Assembly (NCBI GenBank): GCA_049670505.1
Contig: JBATTK010000133.1
Span: forward strand, 4,681-68,680
Length of the DNA: 64,000 nucleotides
Source: Saonia sp.
GTDB lineage: Bacteria; Bacteroidota; Bacteroidia; Flavobacteriales; Flavobacteriaceae
Direction of reading: 5' to 3'
Shown: positions 12,939-22,617 of the stretch, one piece after another
Position numbering within the stretch: the first letter of the stretch is position 1
How the letters are laid out: every line of letters begins with the position of its first letter
The notes under the pieces: generated by a model
What the model was told of the DNA's origin: nothing
Databases searched by the model: none
What the model saw: only the letters and a program-made list of their open reading frames with translations
Made by a program: the position numbers and the translations under genes

Positions 12939-14759
12939 ATGTCTACAACAGCACAAGCACACGTAGAGGATCATGCTCATGATCACGGACATCATCACAA
13001 AGAAACCTTTGTAACTAAATACATATTCAGTCAGGATCATAAAATGATTGCAAAACAGTATCTGATTACTGGTTTGATTATGGGATTCATAGGTATTGCC
13101 ATGTCTTTGTTGTTTCGTATGCAGTTGGCCTGGCCTGGTGAATCCTTTCCCATATTCGAAGCTTTACTTGGAAAATGGGCACCCGATGGTGTAATGGATG
13201 CCGATGTATATTTGGCATTGGTCACCATCCACGGTACCATAATGGTATTCTTTGTTTTAACGGCCGGGTTAAGCGGTACGTTCAGTAATCTGTTGATTCC
13301 ATTGCAGATCGGTGCAAGGGATATGGCATCGGGCTTCCTCAATATGCTTTCCTATTGGATGTTCTTTACCTCGTCTGTGATTATGGTACTTTCGTTATTT
13401 GTAGAAGCAGGCCCTGCGTCGGCAGGATGGACCATCTATCCACCCTTAAGTGCACTCCCAATGGCCCAGGCCGGTTCAGGAATGGGAATGACGCTTTGGT
13501 TGGTATCCATGGCCATTTTTATTGCTTCCTCCTTATTAGGTTCATTGAATTATATTGTAACGGTCATAAATCTAAGGACCAAAGGGATGTCCATGACTAG
13601 ATTGCCTTTGACCATTTGGGCGTTCTTTGTAACAGCTATTATAGGGGTAATTTCTTTCCCCGTTCTTTTTTCCGCCGCCTTATTATTGATTATGGATAGA
13701 AGTTTCGGAACATCTTTTTTCTTGTCCGATATCTTTATCCAAGGGGAAGTACTCCACTATCAGGGGGGATCTCCCGTATTGTACGAGCATTTGTTTTGGT
13801 TTTTGGGACACCCGGAAGTATATATTGTATTGTTACCGGCCTTGGGTATAACCTCCGAGGTAATGTCTACCAATGCACGTAAACCTATTTTTGGATATCG
13901 AGCCATGGTCGCCTCCATATTGGCGATTGCGTTCTTGTCTACCATTGTATGGGGACACCATATGTTTATATCGGGTATGAATCCGTTCCTAGGTTCCGTA
14001 TTTACATTTACTACGCTGTTGATAGCGATACCTTCGGCGGTAAAAGCTTTTAACTATATTACTACCCTCTGGAAAGGGAATCTACAATTGAATCCGGGAA
14101 TGTTGTTTTCCATAGGATTGGTCTCTACGTTTATTAGTGGTGGACTTACGGGGATTATTCTTGGGGATAGTACCTTGGATATAAATGTACACGATACTTA
14201 TTTCGTTGTGGCCCACTTCCATTTGGTAATGGGTATTTCGGCATTGTACGGTCTGTTCGCGGGAGTATATCATTGGTTCCCGAAAATGTTTAAAAGAATG
14301 ATGAACAAAAATCTGGGATATGTACACTTCTGGATTACCGCAATTTGTGCGTATGGTGTATTCTTCCCGATGCATTTTGTGGGTATGGCAGGTGTTCCAA
14401 GACGTTACTATGAAAATACGGCCTTCCCTATGTTCGATGAATTAACGGACGTTAACGTATTGATAACGGTATTTGCCCTTATCGCAGGTTTGGCACAATT
14501 GGTATTCTTGTACAATTTTATAAGTAGTATCTTTTATGGGAAGAAAACAGAACAGAACCCATGGAAATCCAATACCTTGGAATGGACTGCTCCTATAGAA
14601 CATATACACGGTAACTGGGAAGGAGAAATACCACATGTACATCGTTGGGCATATGATTATAGCAAGACACACGATAATGGGGAGTATATTATCCCGGGGC
14701 AGGATTTTGTTCCGCAAAATATTCCTTTACAGGATGATGAGGAAGAACTGAATCATTAG
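12939..14759 (+). CDS. ctaD: cytochrome c oxidase subunit I
   Basis: Haem-copper oxidase subunit I signatures (WFLGHPEVYI, WGHHMF, HFHLVMG). 606 aa. Confidence 0.95.
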   Translation: MSTTAQAHVEDHAHDHGHHHKETFVTKYIFSQDHKMIAKQYLITGLIMGFIGIAMSLLFRMQLAWPGESFPIFEALLGKWAPDGVMDADVYLALVTIHGTIMVFFVLTAGLSGTFSNLLIPLQIGARDMASGFLNMLSYWMFFTSSVIMVLSLFVEAGPASAGWTIYPPLSALPMAQAGSGMGMTLWLVSMAIFIASSLLGSLNYIVTVINLRTKGMSMTRLPLTIWAFFVTAIIGVISFPVLFSAALLLIMDRSFGTSFFLSDIFIQGEVLHYQGGSPVLYEHLFWFLGHPEVYIVLLPALGITSEVMSTNARKPIFGYRAMVASILAIAFLSTIVWGHHMFISGMNPFLGSVFTFTTLLIAIPSAVKAFNYITTLWKGNLQLNPGMLFSIGLVSTFISGGLTGIILGDSTLDINVHDTYFVVAHFHLVMGISALYGLFAGVYHWFPKMFKRMMNKNLGYVHFWITAICAYGVFFPMHFVGMAGVPRRYYENTAFPMFDELTDVNVLITVFALIAGLAQLVFLYNFISSIFYGKKTEQNPWKSNTLEWTAPIEHIHGNWEGEIPHVHRWAYDYSKTHDNGEYIIPGQDFVPQNIPLQDDEEELNH

Positions 14760-14780
14760 ATAAATACTAATTTACTACTA

Positions 14781-14807
14781 AAAAACCCATCATTTGATGG
14801 GTTTTTT
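14781..14807 (+). terminator. rho-independent terminator after ctaD
   Basis: AAAAACCCATCA / TGATGGGTTTTT perfect inverted repeat ending in a T-run. Confidence 0.8.
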
Positions 14808-14971
14808 AGTATCCGGAAATTGATGGATATGCATTATATCCGTTTTTGTGATATATTTAGTTGGTAATTGTCCCTTCGGATTACTATAAGGGTATTCATG
14901 AATTATATGTCAATTTTCATTTAGTTCACTACCTTTATGCCATGTTATTTTATAATCATGAATCATTTCAC

Positions 14972-15796
14972 ATGAAAAAAATAGTTGTCCTTATTTTAGT
15001 ATTGTCCAACTGCTTTGTTTATGCCCAAAGAAAGCCTAAAATAAAAGGGAATAGAACGGTAACGGAGGTGCGTGAGGTACTTCCTCCGTTTAATGCCATA
15101 GCGCTTAACGATGACCTTGAAATTACCTTGCAAAAATCGTCCGATCCCGGTTATTTTATTACGGCAGATGATAACTTAATCGACGTTTTAAAGCTAGAAG
15201 TGGTCGATAGTACCTTGGTCATCAGTTCCTTTTACAAGATTACCGCAAAAAAGAAATTGGAGATAACCGTAAACTATACGGAGTTGGAAGGTATTACCAT
15301 GCGAGAAGGAAAGATAGGTATGCAAGATATCCTTAACTCCGATAAGTTGTATGTAAATACCTTTGGTTATGCTATCTTACAGCTCAGCGGCAGTGCGTCT
15401 ATTATGAGCATTACCATGGAAGAGAATAGTACGGGCGATTTTAATTTGGATAGTGACTCGCTGAATATTACGTTAAAGGACAAGGTAAACGCCCAAATTT
15501 ATTCCGTAGGAGAAAAAAGTACGTTGGAGATGCATAAAAACGCATCCGCCATTATGGAGGGTACTACGGATAGTTTGCAGGTGAAGTTAACGGGAAATGC
15601 CAATTTAAAGGCAGAAAAATTAGAAGCGGCCACAATCGTGGCAAAGCTGGAAGAGTCCGTTAATGCCAGATTCTATGCATACAAAAATTTTGAGCTTTCT
15701 TCTAGTGGGACTTCCAGGACCCATCTATATGGCGATCCAAAGGTTACGATTTTGGAGTTTTTGGATACCTCTGCATTGTTTAAGAAAGAGGAATAA
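14972..15796 (+). CDS. secreted DUF2807 / GIN-domain-like beta-rich protein
   Basis: ATG at 14972 gives the signal peptide MKKIVVLILVLSNCFVYAQ. The listed TTG at 14861 would add 37 non-signal residues. The FNAIALNDDLEITL..ADDNLIDVLKLEVVDSTLVIS pattern resembles DUF2807. Confidence 0.6.
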   Translation: MKKIVVLILVLSNCFVYAQRKPKIKGNRTVTEVREVLPPFNAIALNDDLEITLQKSSDPGYFITADDNLIDVLKLEVVDSTLVISSFYKITAKKKLEITVNYTELEGITMREGKIGMQDILNSDKLYVNTFGYAILQLSGSASIMSITMEENSTGDFNLDSDSLNITLKDKVNAQIYSVGEKSTLEMHKNASAIMEGTTDSLQVKLTGNANLKAEKLEAATIVAKLEESVNARFYAYKNFELSSSGTSRTHLYGDPKVTILEFLDTSALFKKEE

Positions 15797-15995
15797 ATAC
15801 AGGCCTTCAACACATGTGCTTCCAAAATTTATGTTGCTTTTTCTAAAAGCCCGTAGGCTTTGATAATTTGTTGTATTTTTATAAGAGACTGTTTTAAATA
15901 TATCGATTATTTTTTTATGCCCCTTTTCGTTAAAAATTTATACCGTAGCTTGTGACTCCGCTAAAGCTTCAGCAACATGTGGGAGGCTATGCTAG

Positions 15996-16027
15996 TCCGC
16001 CAGCTGGCGGATGCCTAAAATGGCATC
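15996..16027. repeat. palindromic element TCCGCCAGCTGGCGGA followed by a second hairpin (GATGCC-N6-GGCATC)
   Basis: Perfect 16-nt palindrome. The same 16-mer recurs at 59184-59199. Confidence 0.7.
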
Positions 16028-16105
16028 GGAAAGTAACTATATAAATTCCAATCACACATTTCAAAACAGTCTCCAAGAAGGCGACCTTAATGAAAAAAAA
16101 GAACT

Positions 16106-17572
16106 ATGGAACAGATAAAGGAACAACCCCAAGTACAAAATTTTATCGACGGAAACTTTGAGAGAAATGGTCACACCGCCATGGATGTTATTAGTCCGGT
16201 CGATGGTAGTATTATATCTTCCCTTCCCCTTTCTACCTATAAAGATGTAGATAAAGCGGTACAAGTGGCAAATAAGGCGTATCCGGAATGGTCCTCGAAA
16301 ACACTAAAGGAACGTGTTCAGATATTTTTTAAATATCGGACCCTTTTGGAAGAACATATGGATGAACTGACCAAGTTGGTGCAATTGGAAAATGGTAAAA
16401 CCTATGGGGAAGCAAAAGCAGAGGTTGAAAAGAGCATTGAATTGTGCGAATTTGCCGTGTCCATGCCGCAAATTGTAGTGAATGAAATTCAAGAAGTGAG
16501 CAAGGGTGTGGAATGCAGGATCGAACGAAAACCTTTGGGGGTGGTTGCCTGTATAACCCCTTTTAACTTTCCTAATATGGTGCCGCACTGGACCATGCCA
16601 AACGCTTTGGTTTTGGGGAATACAATGGTGATGAAGCCCTCCGAACTTGTTCCGTTGAGTACCATGCGTATGGCGGCATTGCTCAAGGAAGCGGGTTTGC
16701 CAGACGGGGTCTTTAATATTGTAAATGGCGGTAAGGAAGTGGTAGAGGCAATTTGCGACCACCCAAAGATTCAGGCCGTTTCCTTTGTAGGATCCACTAA
16801 AGTTGCAAAAATTGTCTATCAGCGTGCTACTTCCTCCCTCAAAAGATGTGTCGCCTTGGGCGGGGCAAAAAACCACTTGTTGGTACTGCCGGACGCCAAC
16901 CCCGAAATGACGGCATCCAATGTAGTGGCATCTATGTCCGGTTGTGCAGGTCAGCGTTGTATGGCCGCTTCCGTAATGGTAGGTGTAGATAAAGTTCAGC
17001 ATATTATTGATAGGATGGTAGAAGAGACCAAGAAGATAGTACCGGGAGAAAATTTGGGTTCTGTAATAAGTGCCGAAGCAAAGGCCAGAATAGAGCGGTA
17101 TATCACCGAAGCTGAAAATAATGGTGCCCAGATATTGGTCGATGGTAGAAATACTGCTGTTCATGGAAAAGAAGGAGGTTTTTACGTAGGGCCTACCATC
17201 ATAGATTATGTAACCACGGATATGTCCGTAGCACGGGAGGAAATTTTTGGGCCCGTAATCTCCATTATCCGGGCCAAGAATTTGGATGAGGCCATTGAAA
17301 TTGAAAACGGCTCCAATTATGGGAATGCCGCTGCAGTGTTTACGCAAAGCGGCGGATTGGCCAAGCAGGTGATGGAAAGGGCCAGTGCCGGAATGATCGG
17401 CGTAAATATTGGCGTACCCGTTCCCCGCGAACCCTTTTCTTTTGGTGGCTGGAACGAATCCAAGTTTGGTGTCGGCGATATTACCGGAAGAAGCTCCATA
17501 GAATTTTGGACGCAGAATAAAAAGACCACCACCAAGTGGAACCCGGAAGCGCAGATCAATTGGATGAGTTAA
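16106..17572 (+). CDS. mmsA: CoA-acylating methylmalonate/malonate-semialdehyde dehydrogenase
   Basis: Aldehyde dehydrogenase fold with the MMSDH-type catalytic-Cys motif GQRCMA. 488 aa. Sits in the pyrimidine-catabolism context. Confidence 0.85.
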   Translation: MEQIKEQPQVQNFIDGNFERNGHTAMDVISPVDGSIISSLPLSTYKDVDKAVQVANKAYPEWSSKTLKERVQIFFKYRTLLEEHMDELTKLVQLENGKTYGEAKAEVEKSIELCEFAVSMPQIVVNEIQEVSKGVECRIERKPLGVVACITPFNFPNMVPHWTMPNALVLGNTMVMKPSELVPLSTMRMAALLKEAGLPDGVFNIVNGGKEVVEAICDHPKIQAVSFVGSTKVAKIVYQRATSSLKRCVALGGAKNHLLVLPDANPEMTASNVVASMSGCAGQRCMAASVMVGVDKVQHIIDRMVEETKKIVPGENLGSVISAEAKARIERYITEAENNGAQILVDGRNTAVHGKEGGFYVGPTIIDYVTTDMSVAREEIFGPVISIIRAKNLDEAIEIENGSNYGNAAAVFTQSGGLAKQVMERASAGMIGVNIGVPVPREPFSFGGWNESKFGVGDITGRSSIEFWTQNKKTTTKWNPEAQINWMS

Positions 17573-17582
17573 TGTTCACAAT

Positions 17583-17659
17583 AGTTCTCAGTTAGTAATT
17601 GGCAGTTGGCAGCCGGTGTAATCTACCTCCTGCCTACTGAAGACTGTTACTGCCGATAG
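17583..17659. repeat. heptamer-periodic intergenic hairpin element
   Basis: Reads as 7-nt units (agttctc agttagt aattggc agttggc ... gcctact gaagact gttactg). CAGTTGGCAG (about 17601-17610) can pair with CTGCCTACTG (about 17630-17639). Confidence 0.6.
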
Positions 17660-17675
17660 GCTTTCTAAAATATGG

Positions 17676-19049
17676 ATGAAGCGTAATACTATTGAATATG
17701 AACCTAAATTTAAGTATGTGAATAATAAAATAGTACAGAACAATCTAGACTATACGCTATTCTCTTGGGCAAAACAAGGGGGACTAAACCCTATAAATGC
17801 GCATCGTGCCAAGGGGTGTTATATTTTTGATCGGGAAGGAAAAAAATACCTGGACTTCTCCTCACAGTTGATGAATGTTAATATTGGACATGGCAATCAG
17901 CGTATCACGACGGCAGTAGCAAAGCAAATGGAAGATCTGAGTTACGTATATCCTGGCATGGCTACCGAAGTCAGAGGTGTTCTGGGAAAGAAAATCGCTG
18001 AGATTACACCGGGAAACCTTACCAAGACTTTTTTTACACTTGGAGGTGCAGAGGCGGTAGAGAATGCCATTAAACTAGCTCGGATATATTCCAAAAGGCA
18101 CAAAATTATTGGTCATTATCGTTCGTATCATGGAGCCACTTACGGGGCTATGTCCGCAGGGGGAGATCCCCGGAAGTTTGCTATGGATGATCAGGCCGTA
18201 AATAATTTTGTCCATGTGGAGAACCCTTATTTCTATAGATGCCCTTGGAATTCCGCTACTTTGGAAGAATGTGGGGAACGAGCTGCGGCCCATTTGGAAA
18301 GGGTCATACAATTTGAAAATCCGGATGCGATCGCGGCCATTTTGTTCGAGGGGGAATCCGGCTCTTCGGGATGCATAAAGTATCCTCCGATGTACCTTAA
18401 AAAAGTTCGAAAAATCTGTGACCGATATGGCATACTGCTGATTATAGACGAAACCATGAGTGGTTTTGGAAGGACAGGAAAAATGTTCGGTATAGACCAT
18501 CACGAAGTAAGTCCGGATATCATGTGTATGGCCAAGGGCCTAACCTCGGGCTACCTTCCCTTGGGAGCTATGACCGTTACAGATACCATCGCCGATCATT
18601 TTAACGATCATCCAATGCTTTTAGGGCTTACCTATTCCGCCCATCCGGTTTCCTGTGCCGCTGCCATAGAAAATATAAAGATTATAGAAGAGGAGGATTT
18701 GGCAAATAGGGCGGCCCAAACCGGAAAATACATAGAAGAAGAGGTAGAAAAATTAAAAGAAAGACATCCGTCAATAGGCGATTTTAGGAATACAGGTTTG
18801 CTAGGTTGTATTGAGCTGGTTAAAAACAGAAAAACCAAAGAACCTACAACACCATGGAATGCCAAGCCAAATCAGATGGAGGCAACCCTTAAAATGGCAT
18901 CTAAAATCAGGGAATTGGGGATGTTTACATTTGTGAGATGGAATTGGATTTTTATTGCACCTCCCCTAAATGTTAGTACCGATGAAGTCGATGAAGGCCT
19001 TGGAATCGTTTCACAAGCTGTTGCCATTGCCGATCAATATTGCAATTGA
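17676..19049 (+). CDS. class-III PLP aminotransferase (probable beta-alanine / beta-aminoisobutyrate transaminase)
   Basis: Motifs DETMSGFGRTGKMFG and MAKGLTSGYLPLGA. 457 aa. Substrate is inferred from operon context only. Confidence 0.8.
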   Translation: MKRNTIEYEPKFKYVNNKIVQNNLDYTLFSWAKQGGLNPINAHRAKGCYIFDREGKKYLDFSSQLMNVNIGHGNQRITTAVAKQMEDLSYVYPGMATEVRGVLGKKIAEITPGNLTKTFFTLGGAEAVENAIKLARIYSKRHKIIGHYRSYHGATYGAMSAGGDPRKFAMDDQAVNNFVHVENPYFYRCPWNSATLEECGERAAAHLERVIQFENPDAIAAILFEGESGSSGCIKYPPMYLKKVRKICDRYGILLIIDETMSGFGRTGKMFGIDHHEVSPDIMCMAKGLTSGYLPLGAMTVTDTIADHFNDHPMLLGLTYSAHPVSCAAAIENIKIIEEEDLANRAAQTGKYIEEEVEKLKERHPSIGDFRNTGLLGCIELVKNRKTKEPTTPWNAKPNQMEATLKMASKIRELGMFTFVRWNWIFIAPPLNVSTDEVDEGLGIVSQAVAIADQYCN

Positions 19050-19051
19050 AT

Positions 19052-20755
19052 ATGAGCGAAGATATTGTTGAATTAAAGGAAGATGTTTCCCAATCACCCC
19101 TATACAGCGGTGATCTTGCTCCCGTACCACTTGCACAACGTACCTGGAGCAAATGGCATTTAGCAGCTATCTGGGTAGGTATGGCGGTTTGTATCCCTAC
19201 CTATTTATTGGCTTCATACATGATTAAAACCGGATTGAATTGGTATGAGGCACTGTTGATCATAGGTTTGGCCAATCTGATTATTACCATACCCATGGTC
19301 CTCAATGGGCATGCCGGAGTAAAGTACGGAATTCCTTTTCCCGTAATAGGCCGAGCGGTTTTTGGGATAAAAGGTATACATCTGGCCTCGATAACAAGGG
19401 GAATTATAGCCTGTGGCTGGTTCGGGGTACAAACTTGGATCGGAGGTTTGGCCATCTATGCTATTTTCAATGCGGTTACAGGAACCCAAGGAGAACTGGG
19501 GCTGTCCCTTGGTAAGTTTATAGGCTTTATTATTTTTTGGTTTATCAATATCTACTTTATCTGGAAAGGCACGGAGAGCATCAAATGGTTGGAAGCCTAT
19601 TCCGCCCCGATCCTTGTCGCTATGGGATTGGCATTGATATGGTGGGGCTATGATCAAGCGGATGGTTTTTCCATTGTACTGCAACAAAGTGATCAATTGG
19701 AGAGACCGGCCGCTACATTTTCGACCGAAAACGGAAATACCTATCTATACCTGAACGCCCTTAAAAATAAAGATGGGAGTATCAAGGTAAATGATTACAA
19801 ATTACTAATGCCCAATGGTGACGGAAAATGGAAACCCTATACTTCGGAGCCCATAGCCGTTGATCGATTTTTACATGAAGCATCGGTATCCAGGGAACAA
19901 AGCTTGCAAGTTCAATTTAGAAATACAGAGACCGAACGCCCTATACTTTCGAGTATTGTTACGGCTTCTTTTTTGAATGCCGATGCAGGCGCCGGTTCCA
20001 AACTATGGAGCTATCTGTTATGGCTTACCGCCATGGTAGGTTTTTGGGCTACGATGTCCATAAGCATTGCGGATATAACTCGATATGCTAAAACACAAAA
20101 AGATCAGATTGCCGGCCAGTTTATTGGTCTGCCGGGAACCATGATGCTCTATTCCTTTGTCGGGATTTTTGTTACCTGCGCGGCGGTAATCAACTTTAAA
20201 AACGTACTTATTGCAGATGATGCGCCATGGGACCCCGTTTCCCTTATAGCGAATTTTGAAAATCCGATCGTGATCGTCATTGCCCAGATATTTTTGTTGA
20301 TCGCTACGCTCAGTACCAATATTGCAGCGAATGTAATTGCACCGGCAAATGCTTTTTCAAATGTATTCCCAAAAAAGATAAGCTTTAGAATGGGCGGCGT
20401 CATAACGGGAATCATTGGTATAGTAATAGCGCCATGGTGGTTGTTGAATGAAATATCGGGTTTTCTAATTTTTGTAAGCGGATTATTAGGACCGGTGCTG
20501 GGAATCTTAATTGTAGATTATTTTGTAGTGCGAAAGAAGAACCTTGCCCTGGCAGAGTTGTATAAGGAAAATGGAACGTATTCCTACGGGAAATTAGGGG
20601 TTAATTGGGCTGCTATGATAGCGCTCTTCACCGGTGTGTTTTTGGCCCTTATCGGTTACTGGGTGCCACAACTTAATTTTCTGTATTCCCTTTCATGGTT
20701 TACCGGATTTATTATTTCTTCCGTATTGTATTATATATTAATGATAAAAAAATAA
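19052..20755 (+). CDS. NCS1-family nucleobase:cation symporter
   Basis: Twelve-TM NCS1-like profile (..ISIADITRYAK..). ATG 19052 is preferred over the listed TTG 19040, which overlaps the upstream stop. Carries an insert of about 100 aa at 19682-19999. Confidence 0.8.
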   Translation: MSEDIVELKEDVSQSPLYSGDLAPVPLAQRTWSKWHLAAIWVGMAVCIPTYLLASYMIKTGLNWYEALLIIGLANLIITIPMVLNGHAGVKYGIPFPVIGRAVFGIKGIHLASITRGIIACGWFGVQTWIGGLAIYAIFNAVTGTQGELGLSLGKFIGFIIFWFINIYFIWKGTESIKWLEAYSAPILVAMGLALIWWGYDQADGFSIVLQQSDQLERPAATFSTENGNTYLYLNALKNKDGSIKVNDYKLLMPNGDGKWKPYTSEPIAVDRFLHEASVSREQSLQVQFRNTETERPILSSIVTASFLNADAGAGSKLWSYLLWLTAMVGFWATMSISIADITRYAKTQKDQIAGQFIGLPGTMMLYSFVGIFVTCAAVINFKNVLIADDAPWDPVSLIANFENPIVIVIAQIFLLIATLSTNIAANVIAPANAFSNVFPKKISFRMGGVITGIIGIVIAPWWLLNEISGFLIFVSGLLGPVLGILIVDYFVVRKKNLALAELYKENGTYSYGKLGVNWAAMIALFTGVFLALIGYWVPQLNFLYSLSWFTGFIISSVLYYILMIKK

Positions 20756-20756
20756 G

Positions 20757-22139
20757 ATGTCGATTTTAATTAAAAATGGTACGGTGGTTACGGCTTCGGA
20801 AAGTTACATCGCCGATGTATATACCAAAGGTGAAAAAATAATAGCTATTGGAAAAGATTTGAATTTCGAAGCGGATCGGATTATTGATGCTACGGATAAA
20901 TTGGTACTTCCTGGCGGTATCGATCCGCATGTGCATTTAGATATGCCCTTTATGGGCACTTATTCCAGCGATGATTATGAAACAGGAACCCGTGCGGCCC
21001 TTCATGGGGGAACCACCATGGTGATAGATTTTATATTGCAGACCCAAGGGGATACTTTGGCGAATGCATTAAAAACTTGGCAACAAAAATCCAAAGGCAA
21101 GGCAATCGGCGACTACTCCTATCATATGGCAGTGACGGATTTTAATGATTCGGTCGCCAAGGAAGTAGCGCATATGATCAACGAGGAAGGCATTACCTCC
21201 TTTAAAACCTTTATGGCCTATAAGGGAGCGCTAATGATAGATGATGGACAAATGGTGCAACTCATGAAGGTGGTTAAAAAACATGGCGGTCTAGTGACCG
21301 TTCATGCAACGAACGGCGATATGATCGACTCCTTGGTTGCCAAGAACAGGGCCGAAGGAAATCTGTCTCCCTTGTACCATTACTTATCCCAACCAGAGGT
21401 TACTGAAGCGGAGGCCTCTGCTAGATTCGCGGATATGCTCCATTATACGGACTGTCCGGGATACATTGTGCATATGACTTGTGAAGGGGCGCTTAACGCC
21501 GTTAGGAAAGCAACACAACGAAATCAAAAGGTGTTCGTAGAAACCTGTACCCAATATTTGTTATTAGATGCTTCCCTATATGAAAAGGATTTTGAAGGCG
21601 CCAAATGGGTGATGAGTCCACCCCTTCGGGAGAAAAAAGATCAGACAGCCTTATGGTCGGGAATTAATCAAGGTTTGGTACAGGTGGTGGGTACCGATCA
21701 TTGCCCCTTTACGTGGGAACAGAAAAAAATGGGAAAGGATGATTTTTCCAAGATTCCTAACGGCCATCCGGCTATAGAACACCGTATGGAATTGCTGTAC
21801 TCCGAGGGAGTGCATCAAGGAAAAATATCGCTCACAAAATTTGTTGAGCTAAGCGCTACCAATGCCGCAAAAATATTTGGGATGTATCCCAGAAAAGGAA
21901 CCATTGCCATTGGGTCAGATGCGGATCTGGTCGTGTTCAACCCTAAAAAGGAACATGCCATTTCTGTAGAGACCCACCATATGAATTGTGATTATTCCGC
22001 TTATGAAGGAAAAAAAGTGATGGGTAAAACCGAAAGCGTTATTTTAAGGGGCCAAGTGGCTATAGAAAATGGAGAATGTAAGCTTAAGGCCGGCCATGGT
22101 GAATTTATCTCTAGAAATAAAGTATCAAAGGTGATATAA
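20757..22139 (+). CDS. hydA: dihydropyrimidinase / D-hydantoinase
   Basis: Cyclic amidohydrolase with metal motif GGIDPHVHLDMPF. 460 aa. Confidence 0.9.
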   Translation: MSILIKNGTVVTASESYIADVYTKGEKIIAIGKDLNFEADRIIDATDKLVLPGGIDPHVHLDMPFMGTYSSDDYETGTRAALHGGTTMVIDFILQTQGDTLANALKTWQQKSKGKAIGDYSYHMAVTDFNDSVAKEVAHMINEEGITSFKTFMAYKGALMIDDGQMVQLMKVVKKHGGLVTVHATNGDMIDSLVAKNRAEGNLSPLYHYLSQPEVTEAEASARFADMLHYTDCPGYIVHMTCEGALNAVRKATQRNQKVFVETCTQYLLLDASLYEKDFEGAKWVMSPPLREKKDQTALWSGINQGLVQVVGTDHCPFTWEQKKMGKDDFSKIPNGHPAIEHRMELLYSEGVHQGKISLTKFVELSATNAAKIFGMYPRKGTIAIGSDADLVVFNPKKEHAISVETHHMNCDYSAYEGKKVMGKTESVILRGQVAIENGECKLKAGHGEFISRNKVSKVI

Positions 22140-22144
22140 ATTAT

Positions 22145-22235
22145 GAGTTAAGAATTAAGAGTTAAGAGTTAAGAATTAAGAGTTAGGAGTTATGAGTTAG
22201 GAGTTATGAGTTAGGAATTAAGAGTTATGAGTTAC
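22145..22235. repeat. 13 tandem heptamers GA[G/A]TTAN (upstream arm of the four-helix-bundle element)
   Basis: Direct reading: gagttaa gaattaa gagttaa gagttaa gaattaa gagttag gagttat gagttag gagttat gagttag gaattaa gagttat gagttac. Confidence 0.9.
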
Positions 22236-22617
22236 GAAACAGAAAAACGGAACTGAAAGGAAAAGTATCATAGCTGATAAAACATACAGTTTTGCTTTAA
22301 AAATCATAGCGATTTATAAAGATTTAAATAATGAAAAGGAATTTTTGCTTTCCAAACAAATTCTTAAATCAGGGACTTCAATAGGGGCCAATGTGAATGA
22401 GGCTATAGCTGCGGTTTCAAAAAAGGATTTTGTAAACAAACTTGGGATTTCTTTGAAAGAAGCTAGGGAAACAATGTATTGGTTAAACCTTTTAAAGGAT
22501 AGTGGTTATATCGATAATGAAAAGTTTAAAAATATGAATGCCGAATGTGATGAGATAATTAGAATTTTAAGTAGCATCATTCTCACCACCAAAGAACGCT
22601 ATTTAACTCATAATTAA
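22227..22617 (+). CDS. four-helix-bundle protein (23S rRNA intervening-sequence protein family), with an apparent frameshift near the 5' end
   Basis: Family-typical ..IIADKTYSFALKII..LLSKQILKSGTSIGANVNEA..KEARETMYWLNLL. The reading frame is open from 22231 but has no ATG/GTG/TTG before 22345. The ATG at 22227 is one frame off and stops after 9 codons. Confidence 0.7.

Noticed and set aside
14861-14971. Listed TTG start extending the DUF2807-like ORF by 37 codons
   Set aside because: The extension is non-signal, rich in aromatics and His, and overlaps likely promoter DNA. ATG 14972 yields a canonical signal peptide.
16304-17347. 347-aa ORF on the minus strand, entirely inside mmsA
   Set aside because: It is antisense to a strongly supported gene. 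Its composition is odd (rich in H/F/Y/C) and it has no recognisable motif. This is a typical shadow ORF. The same reasoning applies to 25288-25965, 47323-48000, 58444-58953, 6976-7467, 19214-19696 and 3078-3467.
22145-22235. Possible CRISPR array (also considered for 49433-49510)
   Set aside because: The units are 7 nt and directly abutting, with no spacers. No cas genes are in the window. These are microsatellite-like tandem repeats.
22227-22617. Four-helix-bundle ORF as the Avd accessory gene of a diversity-generating retroelement
   Set aside because: No reverse transcriptase and no template/variable repeat pair is present anywhere in the window.
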